Below, one piece after another: positions 25,870-37,940 of a DNA stretch of 64,000 bases. The DNA is taken from positions 212,538,001 to 212,602,000 of the forward strand of contig NC_058368.1 of assembly GCF_018350175.1 (NCBI RefSeq), in the 5' to 3' direction. Each line of letters begins with the position of its first letter. The stretch's first letter is position 1. Source of the stretch: Felis catus. Its lineage: Eukaryota. The notes under the pieces were generated by a model. It was not told the DNA's origin. It saw only the letters and a list, made by a program, of their open reading frames with translations, and searched no databases. A program made the translations under genes and the position numbers.

Positions 25870-26852
25870 TACCTAAAAGAGAAAAAGACTAAAAATACAA
25901 ACATAAAGTAAACATAAAGTAAACATCAGTGCCTTATGGAATAATGTGCGAAGTCTATCATAATTGTAGTTTAAGTTATAGGAGGGGGGAAGTGAGCTAA
26001 AGAATATTATAAAAAAATAATGGCCCCAAATCTGCCACATTTGATGAAAGTATAAACATATAGATCTAAGAATCTCAATAAGTCCCAAGCAACATAAACA
26101 CAAAGAAAACCATTTGAAAGCAAATCACAAACTGCTGAAAATAGGCACCGAAATGAAAAATTTTAAAGCAACTAAAGGAAAAGAAGACTTAAAAAGGAAC
26201 AAAGAGAGCATTCAAAGGAACAAAGATAAGGATCCACAGAATGCTTGCTATAACTATGGAAGCTAAAATAAAAAAAAAGATTCTTTTAAATGTTCAAAAG
26301 AATCTATACACATGGAATTCTATGCAAAAATATCCTTCTAAAATGAAAAATAAAAACTTTCTGAAACCGAAAAGCAAAAGCAGTACCAGTAAGTTCATTG
26401 TCAGAGGACTTACAGTACTTGAAATGTTAAAGGAAATGTAAAGGAAGATGGCACCAAATAGAAATCCAGATCTATACAAAGGAATGAAAAATGCCAGAAA
26501 CAGTAGAAATGTGAGTAAATGTAAGAAATTTACATTTAGCACTTAAAATTATTTTTAAAAGATAAAGCAAAAATAATAACTTGCTGAGATTTATAACATA
26601 GAGAAGCAAAATAGATAACAACAATAGATGGGGGAAAATAGATATGTACTGTTGTGAGATTCTTATACATATATGGTATAATATAATTTGATGGTAGAAT
26701 GTGATAGGTAAATTAAAAAATCATATTGTAAAACCCAAAGAAGCACTAAAAATGAATAAGCCATTAATAGAGATAAAACTGAATTCTATAAAATATTTAA
26801 ATTTTTAAAAAAGCAGGAAAAAGAGGAAAAATTGGGAAAAATACAAAATGTA
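25870..26852 (+). mobile_element. Ancient L1M ORF1/inter-ORF remnant; host of the L1 at 26853, resumes at ~32813
   Basis: Degenerate ORF1 motifs (aaatctgccacatttgatgaaa, gaattctatgcaaaaatatccttc) and inter-ORF motif aagcaggaaaaagaggaaaa. Confidence 0.7.
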
Positions 26853-27743
26853 GTCAGTACCTGGGAGATGGTGGCATAGGGGGATGCTGGGCTCACCTTG
26901 TCCTGCTGATTGCTTAGATTCCATCCACATATGCCTAAATAACCCAGAAAACCACCAGAAGACTAGCAGAATGGACTCTCTGGAGCCAAGGATAGACAAG
27001 AGGCACATGGAAGAGTGTAGGAATGGTGGAGAGGTGGTGCATGCTACACAGACTGGTGGGAGGGAGCCAGGATGATGGAGAGGTAGCCCTCCAGGCAAGG
27101 CAGAGCGCCCGAAGTCTGGCTTGCAGAAAGCAGAGGGGCCAGACTGGGTGAGTTCTGACAGCCAGTGGGACTTTACATCTGGAGTGTTAAAAGTCAACAG
27201 CTCTGCTCTCCGAGAGCAAGGAGGTTGAGTGGACACCGGGAGGAAGAATTGTTGAGTCCCGGAAGACAGAGCTCAGCCCGGCAGGGGAACAAAGGCTCTG
27301 GCAAGTGCTATATCCCTCTCCCATCCCCTAGCCAAAATTCAAAAGGGAACCAGTTCCCATTAACGAACTTGCTTGCACCACACAAATGCCCAATGCTTGC
27401 TTCTGTGGATCCATCCCTCTGATGGTTTGCCTCCCTCCCGGTGATGCAGGGCCCCTTCCGCAGGGGACCACTGTCAGCAAAGCAAGCTAAGCCTGCCCCT
27501 CCCACTTTGTGCACCTTACGAATCCACCCCAGCTAATACACCAGATCCCATTGAGGCAGCACCACAAGGCTGGTAGTGTGCAAGTAGCCCACATGGCGGT
27601 GACCCACAGTGAGTCCTGCCCCTGGGAGAGGGAAGATAAGGTATATACCAGTCTGACTGCGGCCTCACCCAGCAAAACAAGTTACTCTGGACAGCACAGG
27701 GGAAGTACTCTGCAGTTTGGAGCCACTGCAGGGACTACCCAAA

Positions 27744-28624
27744 ATGACCAAAGGGAAGAATTCTCAAAAGAAACTCCAGGAAGTAGCAACAGCTAACGAA
27801 TTGATCAAAAACGATTTAAGCAATAGAACAAGAATTTATAATTATAGTGATAAAATTAATCGCTGGGTTTGATAAAAGCTAGAGGACAGCAGAGAATCTA
27901 TTGCTACAGAGATCAACGGACTAAGAAATAGTCATGAGGAGCTAAAAAATGCTATAAATGAGGTTCAAAATAAAATGGAGGCAGCCATAGCATGGATTGA
28001 AGAGGCAGAGGAGAGAATAGGTGAATTAGAAGATAAAACTATGGAAAAGAGGAAGCTGAGAAAAAGAGAGATAAAAAAATGCCAGAGTATGAGGAGAGAT
28101 TAGAGAACTAAGTGATGCAATCAAATGGAACAATATCCGTATCATAGGAATTCCAGAGGAAGAAGAGCGAGAGAAAGGAGCTGAAGGTGTACTTTAACAA
28201 ATCATAGCTGAGAACGTCCCTGATCTAGGGAAGGAAAAAGGCATTGAAATACAAGAGGCATAGAGAACTCCCCTCAGACATAACTTGAATCTATCTTCTG
28301 CACGACATATCATAGTGAAACTGGCAAAATACAAGATAAAGAGAAAATTCTGAAAGCAGCTAGGGATAAACAGGCACTAATTTACAAAGGGAGACCCATA
28401 GGAGTAGTGGCAGACCTATCTACTGAAACTTGGCGGCCAGAAAGGAATGGCAGGAAATCTTCAATGTGATGAACAGAAAAATATGCAGCCGAGAATCCTT
28501 TATCCAGCAAGTCTGTCATTCAGAATAGAAGGAGAGATATAGCTCTTCCCCAAAAAAACAAAAACTGAAGGAATTCATCACCACTAAACCAGCCCTACAA
28601 GAGGTCCTAAGGGGGATTCTGTGA
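27744..28624 (+). pseudogene. L1 ORF1p, disrupted
   Basis: ATG in aaaatgaccaaaggg; motifs aacaatatccgtatcataggaattccagag (NNIRIIGIPE) and agaatcctttatccagca (RILYPA); multiple stops. Confidence 0.9.
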
Positions 28625-28692
28625 GTGAAATGTTGCAAGGACCACAAAGTACCAGAGACATCACTACAAGCATGAAACCTACAGACATCACA

Positions 28693-31600
28693 ATGACTCT
28701 AAACCCATATCTTCCTATAATAACACTGAATGTAAATGGACTAAATGCCCCAACCAAAAGATATAGGGTATCAGAATGGATAAAAAAACAAGAGCCATCT
28801 ATTTGCTCTCTACAAGAAACTCATTTTAGACCTGAGGACACCTTCATGATTGAAAGTGAGGGGATGGAGAACTATCTATCATGCTACTGGAAGTCAAAAG
28901 AAAGCTGGAGTAGCCACACTTATATCAGACAAACTAGACTTTAAATTAAAGGCTGTAACAAGAGATGAAGAAGGGCATTATATAATAATTACAGGGTCTA
29001 TCCATCAGGAAGAGCTAACAATTATAAATATCTATGCACTGAACACGGAGCCCCTAAATATATAAAACAATTACTCAAAAACATAAGCAACCTTATTGAT
29101 AAGAATGTGGTAATTGCAGGGGACTTTAACACTCCACTTACAGAAATGGATAGATCATCTAGACACACGGTCAATAAAGAAACAAGGGCCCTGAATGACA
29201 CATTGGATCAGATGGACTTGACAGATATATTTAGAACTCTGCATCCCAAAGGAACAGAATATACTTTCTTCTCGAGTGCACATGGAACATTCTCGAAGAT
29301 GGATCACATACTGTGTCACAAAACAGCCCTTCATAAGTATACAAGAATTGAAATTATACCATGCATACTTTCAGACCTATGCATACTTTCATGCATACCA
29401 TGCATAGGTATACCTATGCATACCGTGCATACTTTCAATGCTATGAAGCTTGAAATCAACCACAGGAAAAAGACTGGAAAACATCCAAAACCATGGAGGT
29501 TAAAGAACACCCTACTAAAGGATGAATGGGTCAACCAGGCAATAAGACAAGAAATTAAGAAATACATGAAAAGAAATGAAAATGAAAATACAACAACCCA
29601 AATGCTTTGGGATGCAGCAAAGGCAGTCCTGAGAGGAAAATACATTGCAATCCAGGCCTATATCAAGAAAAAAGAAAAATCCCAAACACAAAATCTAACA
29701 TCACACCTAAAGGAAATAGAAGCAGAACAGCAGAGACATCCCAAACCCAGAAGAAGAGAAATAATAAAGATCAGAGCAGAAATAAACAATATAGAATTTA
29801 AAAAAAACTGTAGAGCATATCAATGAAACCAAGAGTTGGTTTTTTAAAACAATAAACAAAATTGATAAACCTGTAACCAGCCTTCTCAAAAAGAAAAGGG
29901 AGAGGACCCAAGCAGATAAAATCATGAATGAAAATGGAATTATTACACCAATCCCTCAGAAATACAAGCAATTATCAGGGAATACTGTGAAAATTATATG
30001 CCAACAAACTGGACAACCTGGAAGAAATGGACAGATTCCTAAGCACCCACACACTTCGAAAACTCAAAAAGGAAGAAATAGAAAACTTGAGCAGACCCAT
30101 AACCCGTGAAGAAATTGAATCAGTTATCAAAAATCTTCTGACAAATAAGAGTCCAGTACCAGATGCCTTCCCTGGGGAATTCCACCAGACATTTAAAGCA
30201 GAAATAATACCTATCCTTCTCAAGCTATTCCAAAAAATAGAAAGGGAAGGAAAACTTCCAGACTCATTCTGTGAAAGCCAGCATTACTTTGATTCCCAAA
30301 CTAGACAGGGACTCAGCAAAAAAAGAGAACTACAGGCCAATATCCCTGTATGGGATTGCATCCCAATATGGCTGCAAAAATTCTCAGTAAGATACTAGCA
30401 AATCGAATTCAACAGCATATGAAAAGAATTATCCACTATGATCAACTGGGATTCATTCCTGGGCTTCAGGGCTGGTTCAACATTTGCAAATCAATCAATG
30501 TGATACATCATATTAATAAAAGAAAAGGAAACCATTTGATCCTGTCGATCGATGCAGAAAAAGCATTTCACAAAATTCAGTGTGCTTCATAATAAAAACC
30601 CTTGAGAAAGTCGGGATAGAAGGAACATACTTAGACATCATAAAAGCCATTTATGAAAAGCCCACAGCTAATATCATCCTCAATGGGGAAAAACTGAGAG
30701 CTTTCCCCCTGAGATCAGGGACACGACAGGGATGTCCACTCTCACCGCTGTTGTTTAACATAGTGTTGGAAGTTCTAGCATCAGCAATCAGACAGCAAAA
30801 GGAAATCAAAGGCATCAGAATTGGCAAGGATGAAGTCAAGCTTTCACTTTTTGCAGATGACATATTATACATGGAAAACCCGATAGACTCCACCAAAAGT
30901 CTGCTAGAACTGATACAGGATACACAATCAATGTACAGAAATCAGTTGCATTCTTATACACTCATAATGAAGCAACAGAAAGACAAATAAAGAAACTGAT
31001 CCCATTCACAATTGCACCAAGAATCCTAAAGTACCTAGGAATAAACCTAACCAAAGATATAAAAGATTTTTATGCTGAAAACTATAGATAGCTTATGAAG
31101 GAAATTGAAGAAGATACAAAGAAATGGAAAAACATTCGGTGCTCATGGATTGGAAGAATAAATATTGTTAAAATGTCAATATTACCAAAGGAATCTACAC
31201 ATTCAATGCAAACCCAATCAAAACTGCACCAGCATTCTTCTCGAAGCTAGAACAAGCAATCCTAAAATTTGTATGGAACCACAGAAGACCCCAAATAGCC
31301 AAAGTAATATTGAAGAAGAAGACGAAAGCAGGAGGCATCACAGTCCCAGACTTTAGCCTCTACTACAAAGCTGTCATCATCAAGACAGCATGGTATTGGC
31401 ACAAAAACAGACACATAGACCAATGGAATAGAATAGAGACTCCAGAATTGGACCCACACAAGTGTGGCCAACTAATATTTGACAAAGCAGGATAGAATAT
31501 CCAATGGAAAAAAAGACATTCTCTTTAACAAATGGTGCTGGGAGAGCTGGACAGCTACATACAGAAGAATGAAACTAGACCACTTTCTTACACCATTCAC

Positions 31601-31747
31601 AAAAATAAACTCAAAATGGATAATGGACCTGAATGTGAGACAGGAAACCATCAAAACCCTAGAGGAGAAAGCAGGAAAAAACCTCTCTGACCTCTGCTAC
31701 AGCAATTTCTTACTTAATACATCTCCAAAGGCAAGGGAATTAAAAGC

Positions 31748-31779
<32 letters not shown>

Positions 31780-32509
31780 TATTGGGACCTCATGAAGATA
31801 AAAAGCTTCTGCACAGCAAAGCAAACAATCAACAAAACTAAAAGGCAACCAACGGAGTGGGAAAAGATATTTGCAAATGACATATTGGACAAAGGGCTAG
31901 TATCCAAAATCTATAAAGAGCTCACCAAATTACACACCTGAAAAACATATAATCCAGTGAAGAAATGGGCAGAAAACATGAATAGACACTTCTCTAAAGA
32001 AGACATCCGGATGGCCAACAGGCACATGAAAATTGCTCAACATCACTTCTCGCCAGGGAAATATAAACCAAAACCACAGTGAGATACCACCTCACGCTGG
32101 TCAGAGTAGCTAAAATGAACAAGTCAGGAGATTATAGATGCTGGAGAGGATGTGGAGAAACAGGAACCCTCCTGCACTATTTGTGGGAATGCAAACCGGT
32201 GCAGCCGCTCTGGAAAGCAGTGTGGAGGTTCCTCAAAAAATTAAAAATAGACCTACCCTATGACCCAGCAATAGCACTTCTGGGAGTTTACCCAAGAGAT
32301 ACAGGAGTGGTGATGCATAGGGGCACTTGTATCCCAGTGTTTATAGCAGCACTCTCAACAATAGCCAAATTATGGAAAGAGCCTAAATGTCCATCAACTG
32401 ACGAATCCAGTTCCATCCACGTTGGAACTGGAGAGTGTTAATGCTAAGTGAAATAAGTCACACAGAGATAGACAGATACCATATGTTTTCACTCTTATGT
32501 GGATCCTGA
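28693..32509 (+). pseudogene. L1 ORF2p, disrupted
   Basis: [47 protein letters not shown] and WECKPVQPLW in ORF-track fragments; many stops and frameshifts. Confidence 0.95.
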
Positions 32510-32694
32510 GAAATTTAACAGAAGACCATGGGGAAGGGGAAGGAAAAAAAAAAAAAACGAGGTTAGAGTGGGAGAGAGCCATAGCAAAAAAGCATGTATG
32601 TCTCATAAATAGTCTTCCAACCAAAAGGACAATTTTAGCTACAGGTTAATGATAAATGATAAACAGATTGAAAAAGAAATAAATAAACTGGAAT

Positions 32695-32786
32695 TTTGGT
32701 TTGAGATGCTCGATCAAGCCATACCTGAAGTAAGACCTACCTCTGGAATAATTAGTAATGTGCACAATAAATTCCTTTTATTGTTT
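32695..32786 (+). mobile_element. 3' part of an MLT1-type (MaLR) LTR, cut 15 nt after AATAAA and followed by an A-rich tail
   Basis: gatcaagccatacctgaagtaagacctacctctgga...caataaattccttttattgttt, then aaaaaaagaaaagaaaag. Confidence 0.7.
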
Positions 32787-32812
32787 AAAAAAAGAAAAGA
32801 AAAGAAAATATA

Positions 32813-33525
32813 AAGAAAGATGGTAGTTCTAAACTCAAAGCATTGATATTGACATTAAAATGAAATGGCCTAAACACTCCAAGTACAGGACAGTGGTGTC
32901 ACTATGGATAAAGCAGCAAGATTTCACCATCTGTCTAGAAGTAAACCACTTCTAACATAAGGTCACAGATTTAAAGTAAAACGATGAATATATAGAAGTC
33001 ATGAGCAACTAGTAGAAAGAAAGCTGGAGTGGCTATATTAACATTAGGCAAAATAGATATCAAATAAGATATATCATCAGAGATAAAGACAGATATTTCA
33101 TAATGATAAATGGGTCAATTCAAAATGGGCCTAGAAAAGGTAGTACACCTAAATGTGTACATACCCATAACAGAGCTTCAAATTTCATGAGGTAAAAAAT
33201 GACAAATGTGAAAGCGGAAATTCGGCAAATCTATAGTTTTAGCTACAGATTTCAACTTTCCTTTCTCAGCAATTCTTCAAACATACATACAAAAATGAAA
33301 TGAGTAAGATTATAAAGGTATGAACAACACTATCAACCATCTTGACCTATTTTATACTTACACATGTTCTACAGAATAACAGTAGTTTCATGTTCATGTG
33401 GCCCGTATATGGGCCACGTAACAAATCTCAACAAATTTTAAAATACTGAAATCAAACCAAGCATAGTTTCTGACAATAAGAAAATTAAATTAGAAATGAA
33501 TAATGAAGAGATACTTCAAAAAAGA
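32813..33525 (+). mobile_element. Ancient L1M ORF2 endonuclease region
   Basis: aaatggcctaaacactcc, aaagctggagtggctatatta, tttcataatgataaatgggtcaatt, aaattaaattagaaat. Confidence 0.8.
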
Positions 33526-33771
33526 ATTTTGGAGGAATCTGCATCATCAGTAAGGCACTTAATACATTTCCACTATAGTGTGAAGTAGATAAAAGGACAA
33601 TAAAGTCAGTTCAAAGGATCTAAAATTGTTCTGAGCAGTTCATAATGTTCTGAACAGGCAACATGTAGTATTTTCCTACACACTTTTATTTTTCTTTTCC
33701 CATTGAGTAAATGAAAATGCTCAGCGAATTTAAGAGAAGGATGTGTCTATCCTATAAATTGTATTATTTTG

Positions 33772-36715
33772 AATAAATAAATACCAAAAGCAACAAAGAT
33801 TAGAAAGGACCAGAGAACACCACCAAAAACTCCAACTCCAAAAGCAACATACTGGCAATAAATTCATATCTTTCAATACTCACTCTAAATGTCAATGGAC
33901 TCAATGCTCCAATCAAAAGACATAGGGTAACAGAATGGATAAGAAAACAAGATCCATCTATATGCTGTTTACAAGAGACCCACTTTAGACCTAAAGACAC
34001 CTTCAGATTGAAAATAAGGGGTGGAGAACTATCTATCATGCTAATGGTCAACAAAAGAAAGCCAGAGTAGCCATACTTATATCATACAATCTAGACTTTA
34101 AAATAAAGACTGTATCAAGAGATGCAGAAGGGCATTATATCATAATCAAGGGGGTATATCCACCAAGAAGACCTAACAATTGTAAACATTTATGCACCAA
34201 ATGTGAGAGCCCCCAAATACATAAATCAATTAATCACAAACATAAATTCATCAATAGTAATACCATAATAGTAGGAGACTTTGACACCTCACTCACAGCA
34301 ATGGACAAATCATCTAGTCAAAAAATCAACAAGGAAACAATGGCTTTGAATGGCACACTGGACCACATGGACTTAACAGATATATTCAGAACATTTCGTC
34401 CTAAAGCAGAGGAATATACATTCTTCTCCAGTGCACATGGAACATTCTCCAGAATAGATCACATACTGGGACACAAATCAGCCCTCAGAGTACAAAGATA
34501 TTGAGATCATACCATGCATATTTTCAGACCACAATGCTATGAAATTCAAAATCAACCACAAGAAAAAATTTGGAAAGTAACAAATACTTGGAGACTGAAG
34601 AACATCCTACTAAAGAATGAATGGGCTAACCAAGCAGTTAAAGAGGAAATTAAAAAGTACATGGAAGCCAATGAAAAAGATAACATCATGACCCAAAATC
34701 TCTGGGATGCAGCAAAGGCGGTCATAAGAGGAAAGTATAATGCAATCCAGGCCTTCCTAAAGAAGGAAGAAAGATCTCAGATACACAACCTAACCTTACG
34801 CCTTAAGGAGCTGGAAAAACAACAGCGAATAAAACACAAAACCAGCAGAAGACAGGAAATAATAAAGATTAGAGCAGAAGTTAAAGCTATCGAAACCAAA
34901 AAAACAGTAGTACAGATGAGTGATACCAGAAGCTGGTTCTTTGAAAGAATTAACAAAATTGATAAACCACTAGCCAGTTTGATCAAGAAGAAAAAGGAAA
35001 GGATCCAAACAAATAAAATCAAGAATGAAAGAGGAGAGATCACAACCAACACAGCAGAAATAAAAACAATAATAAGAGATTATTATGAGCAATCATGTGC
35101 CAATGAAATGGACAATCTGGAAGAAATGGACAAATTCCTAGAAACATATACACTACCAAAACTGAAACAGAAGAAATAGAAAATTTGAACAGACCCATAA
35201 CCAGTAAGGACATCAAACCAGTAATCAAAAATCTGCCAAAAAATAAGAGTCCAGGGCCAGATGGCTTTCCAGGGGAATTCTACCAAACATTTAAGGAAGA
35301 GTTAACACCTATTCTCTTGAAGCTGTTCCAAAAAATAGAAATGGAAGGAAAACTTCCAAACTCTTTGTATGAAGCCAGCATTACCTTGATTCCAAAACCA
35401 GACAGAGACCCCACTAAAAAGGAGAACTATAGACCACTTTCCCTGATGAACATGTATGCAAAAATACTCAACAAAATCCAATAATACACTAAAAAAATTA
35501 TCCACCATGACCAAGTGGGATTTATACGTGGGATGCAGGGCTGGTTCAATATCTGCAAAACACTTAACATGATTCATCACATCAATAAAAGAAAGGACAA
35601 GAACCATATGATCCTCTCAATAGATGCAGAGAAAGCATTTGACAAAATACAACATCCTTTCTTGATAAAAGCCTTCAAGAAAGTAGGGATAGGAGGAGCA
35701 TACCTCGAGATCATAAAAGCCATATATGAATGACCCAACACTAATATCATCCTCAATGGGGAAAAACTGAGAGCTTTCCCCCTAAGGTCAGGAACAAGAC
35801 AGGGATGCCCACTGTCGCCACTGTTATTCAACATGGTATTGGAAGTCTTAGCCTCTGCAATCAGAGAACACAAAGAGATAAAAGGCATCTAAATCAGCCA
35901 GGAGGAGATCAAACTTTCACTCTTCACAGATTGCATGATACTATATGGAAAACCCAAAAGATTCCACCAAAAAACTGCTAGAACTGATTCAGAATAGCTA
36001 ACATTAACAACTCAGGCAACAACTGATGTCGGTGAGGATGCGGAGAAAGAGGATCTCTTTTGCACTGCTGGTGGGATTGCAAGCTGGTGCAGCCACTCTG
36101 GAGAACAGTATGGAGGTTCCTCAAAAACTAAAAATAGAACTATCCTACGACCCAGCAATTGCACTATTAGGCATTTATCCATGGGATACAGGTGTGCTGT
36201 TTCGAAGGGACACATGCACCCCCATGTTTATAGCAGCACTCTCAATAATAGCCAAAGTATGGAAAGAGCCCAAATGTCCATTGATGTATGAATGGATAAA
36301 GAAGATGTGGTATATGTATATACAATGGAGTATTACTCGGCAATCAAAAGGAATGAAGTTTGGCATTTGCAACTACATGGATGGAACTGAAGGGTATCAT
36401 GCTAAGTGAAATTAGTCAGAGAAAGACAAAAATCATATGATTGCACTCATATGAGGACTTTAAGAGACAAAACAGATGAACATAAGGGAAGGGAAACAAA
36501 AACAATATAAAAACAAGGAGGGGGGACAAAACAGAAGAGACTCATAAATATGGAGAACAAACTGAGGGCTACAGGAGGGGTTGTGGGAGGGGGGATGGGC
36601 TAAATTGGTAAGAGATATTAAAGAATCTACTACTGAAATCATTGTTGCACTATATGCTAACTAATTTGGATGTAAATTTATGAAAATAAAAAGTAAAACA
36701 AGTTAACAAAAAATA
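33772..36715 (+). mobile_element. L1 copy C: same subfamily as copy A, starts in the inter-ORF region, ~1.19-kb internal deletion
   Basis: 33780-35991 aligns to 10470-12699 and 35989-36675 aligns to 13883-14560. ORFs 34301..35733 mirror 10697..12598. Confidence 0.96.
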
Positions 36716-36759
36716 AAATGAATGATTGCTTTTTAAAAAGAAATAAATAAAAACTTAAG

Positions 36760-37940
36760 AAAAACAAACTAAAATTTGAGCAAAAAATATGAAGACACTT
36801 TAGCAAGGAAGGAAGATATGCCTATAATAAATGAGTACAAGAAAAGATTCTGAACATCATCAGTCACTGGGCAGTTATCAAATGAAACCCCACTGAGACA
36901 CCACTAGCTAAAATTAAAGAGACTGGCCATACCAAATTTTGGTGATGATATGGAGTAACCGGAATTCTCATTTCCTAACGCTAGTAATTTTAAATAGTAC
37001 AGGCACTTTGGAAAACACTTTGAAAGTTTTTTTTTGTTTGTTTGTTTTACATTGAGGTGAAATTCATATAACAACATTAATGCATTTAAGAGTCCAGTCC
37101 AATAGAATATTCATTTTTCTTATTTTTTCATTTGAGTATAGTTGACACACAGTTTTACATTAATGTCAGGTGTATAGCATTGTCATTCAACTTCTCTGTA
37201 CATTATGCTATGTTCACCACAAGGGTAGCTACCATCTGTCACTATACAACACTATTGGAGTGTCATTGACCATATTCCTTATGCTGTGCCTTGTATTCCA
37301 CAGTGGCTGGAGCATTTTATAATCCTTCCAACAATGTATTAGGGTTCCAATTTCTCCTTATCATCATAAAAACTTATTTTCCATTTTTTTAATTATAGCT
37401 ATCCTATTGGATAAGAAGTGGCATCTCATTGTGGATCTGTTGTGCCAGCATTAAAAAAAAAATTACATATACACCTACCATACCCTCTAGCCATTTGCAA
37501 TATTATAAATTTCCCCAAAAGAAATGAAAGCATTTATTCACAGAAAAACTTGTATAAGAATGTTTGTGGCAGTTTTATTTGCTATAGACCAAACCTACAA
37601 GCAACCCAAATGTCCACCAAAGGTGAATGGATAAGCAAATTACAGTATATCCATATATTGGTATACTAATGAGCAACATGGATGTATTTTTAAAACGCTG
37701 ATAGAAGGAAACCAGTGTATTTCATTTACATAATGGGCTAAGAAAGCACATCAGGTGTTCCCTGTAGTTGTAGATTTAGGGGTGAAGAGAGGAAGGCATT
37801 ACAAAGGGACTTGAGGAAGTGATGGATAGGTTCATTATCTTGATTATGATGATGATTTTACAGAGTAAAAATATATCAAAACTCATAAAATTTTCCACTT
37901 TTAATAAGTGCAATTTATTCCAAATAAATTATTCTAAAAA
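36760..37940 (+). mobile_element. Ancient L1M ORF2 3' end and 3' UTR, interrupted by minus-strand L1 3' fragments at ~37030-37440
   Basis: Plus: gcactttggaaaacactt...ttacatatacacctaccatac, caacccaaatgtccacc. Minus: gttgacacacagttttacatt, tccaatttctcc. Confidence 0.7.

Larger units (their letters stand above)
26853..32583 (+). mobile_element. Near full-length felid LINE-1 (copy B, L1_Fc-type 5' UTR); distal 3' UTR missing
   Basis: 5' UTR gggagatggtggcatagggggatgctgggctcacc, then ORF1 and ORF2 remnants. L1 homology stops abruptly after ggttagagtgggagagagcc. Confidence 0.95.

Noticed and set aside
33396..33419. Near-palindrome atgtggcccgtatatgggccacgt as a regulatory site
   Set aside because: Lies in decayed L1M ORF2 at an apparent small deletion; better explained as a repair scar.
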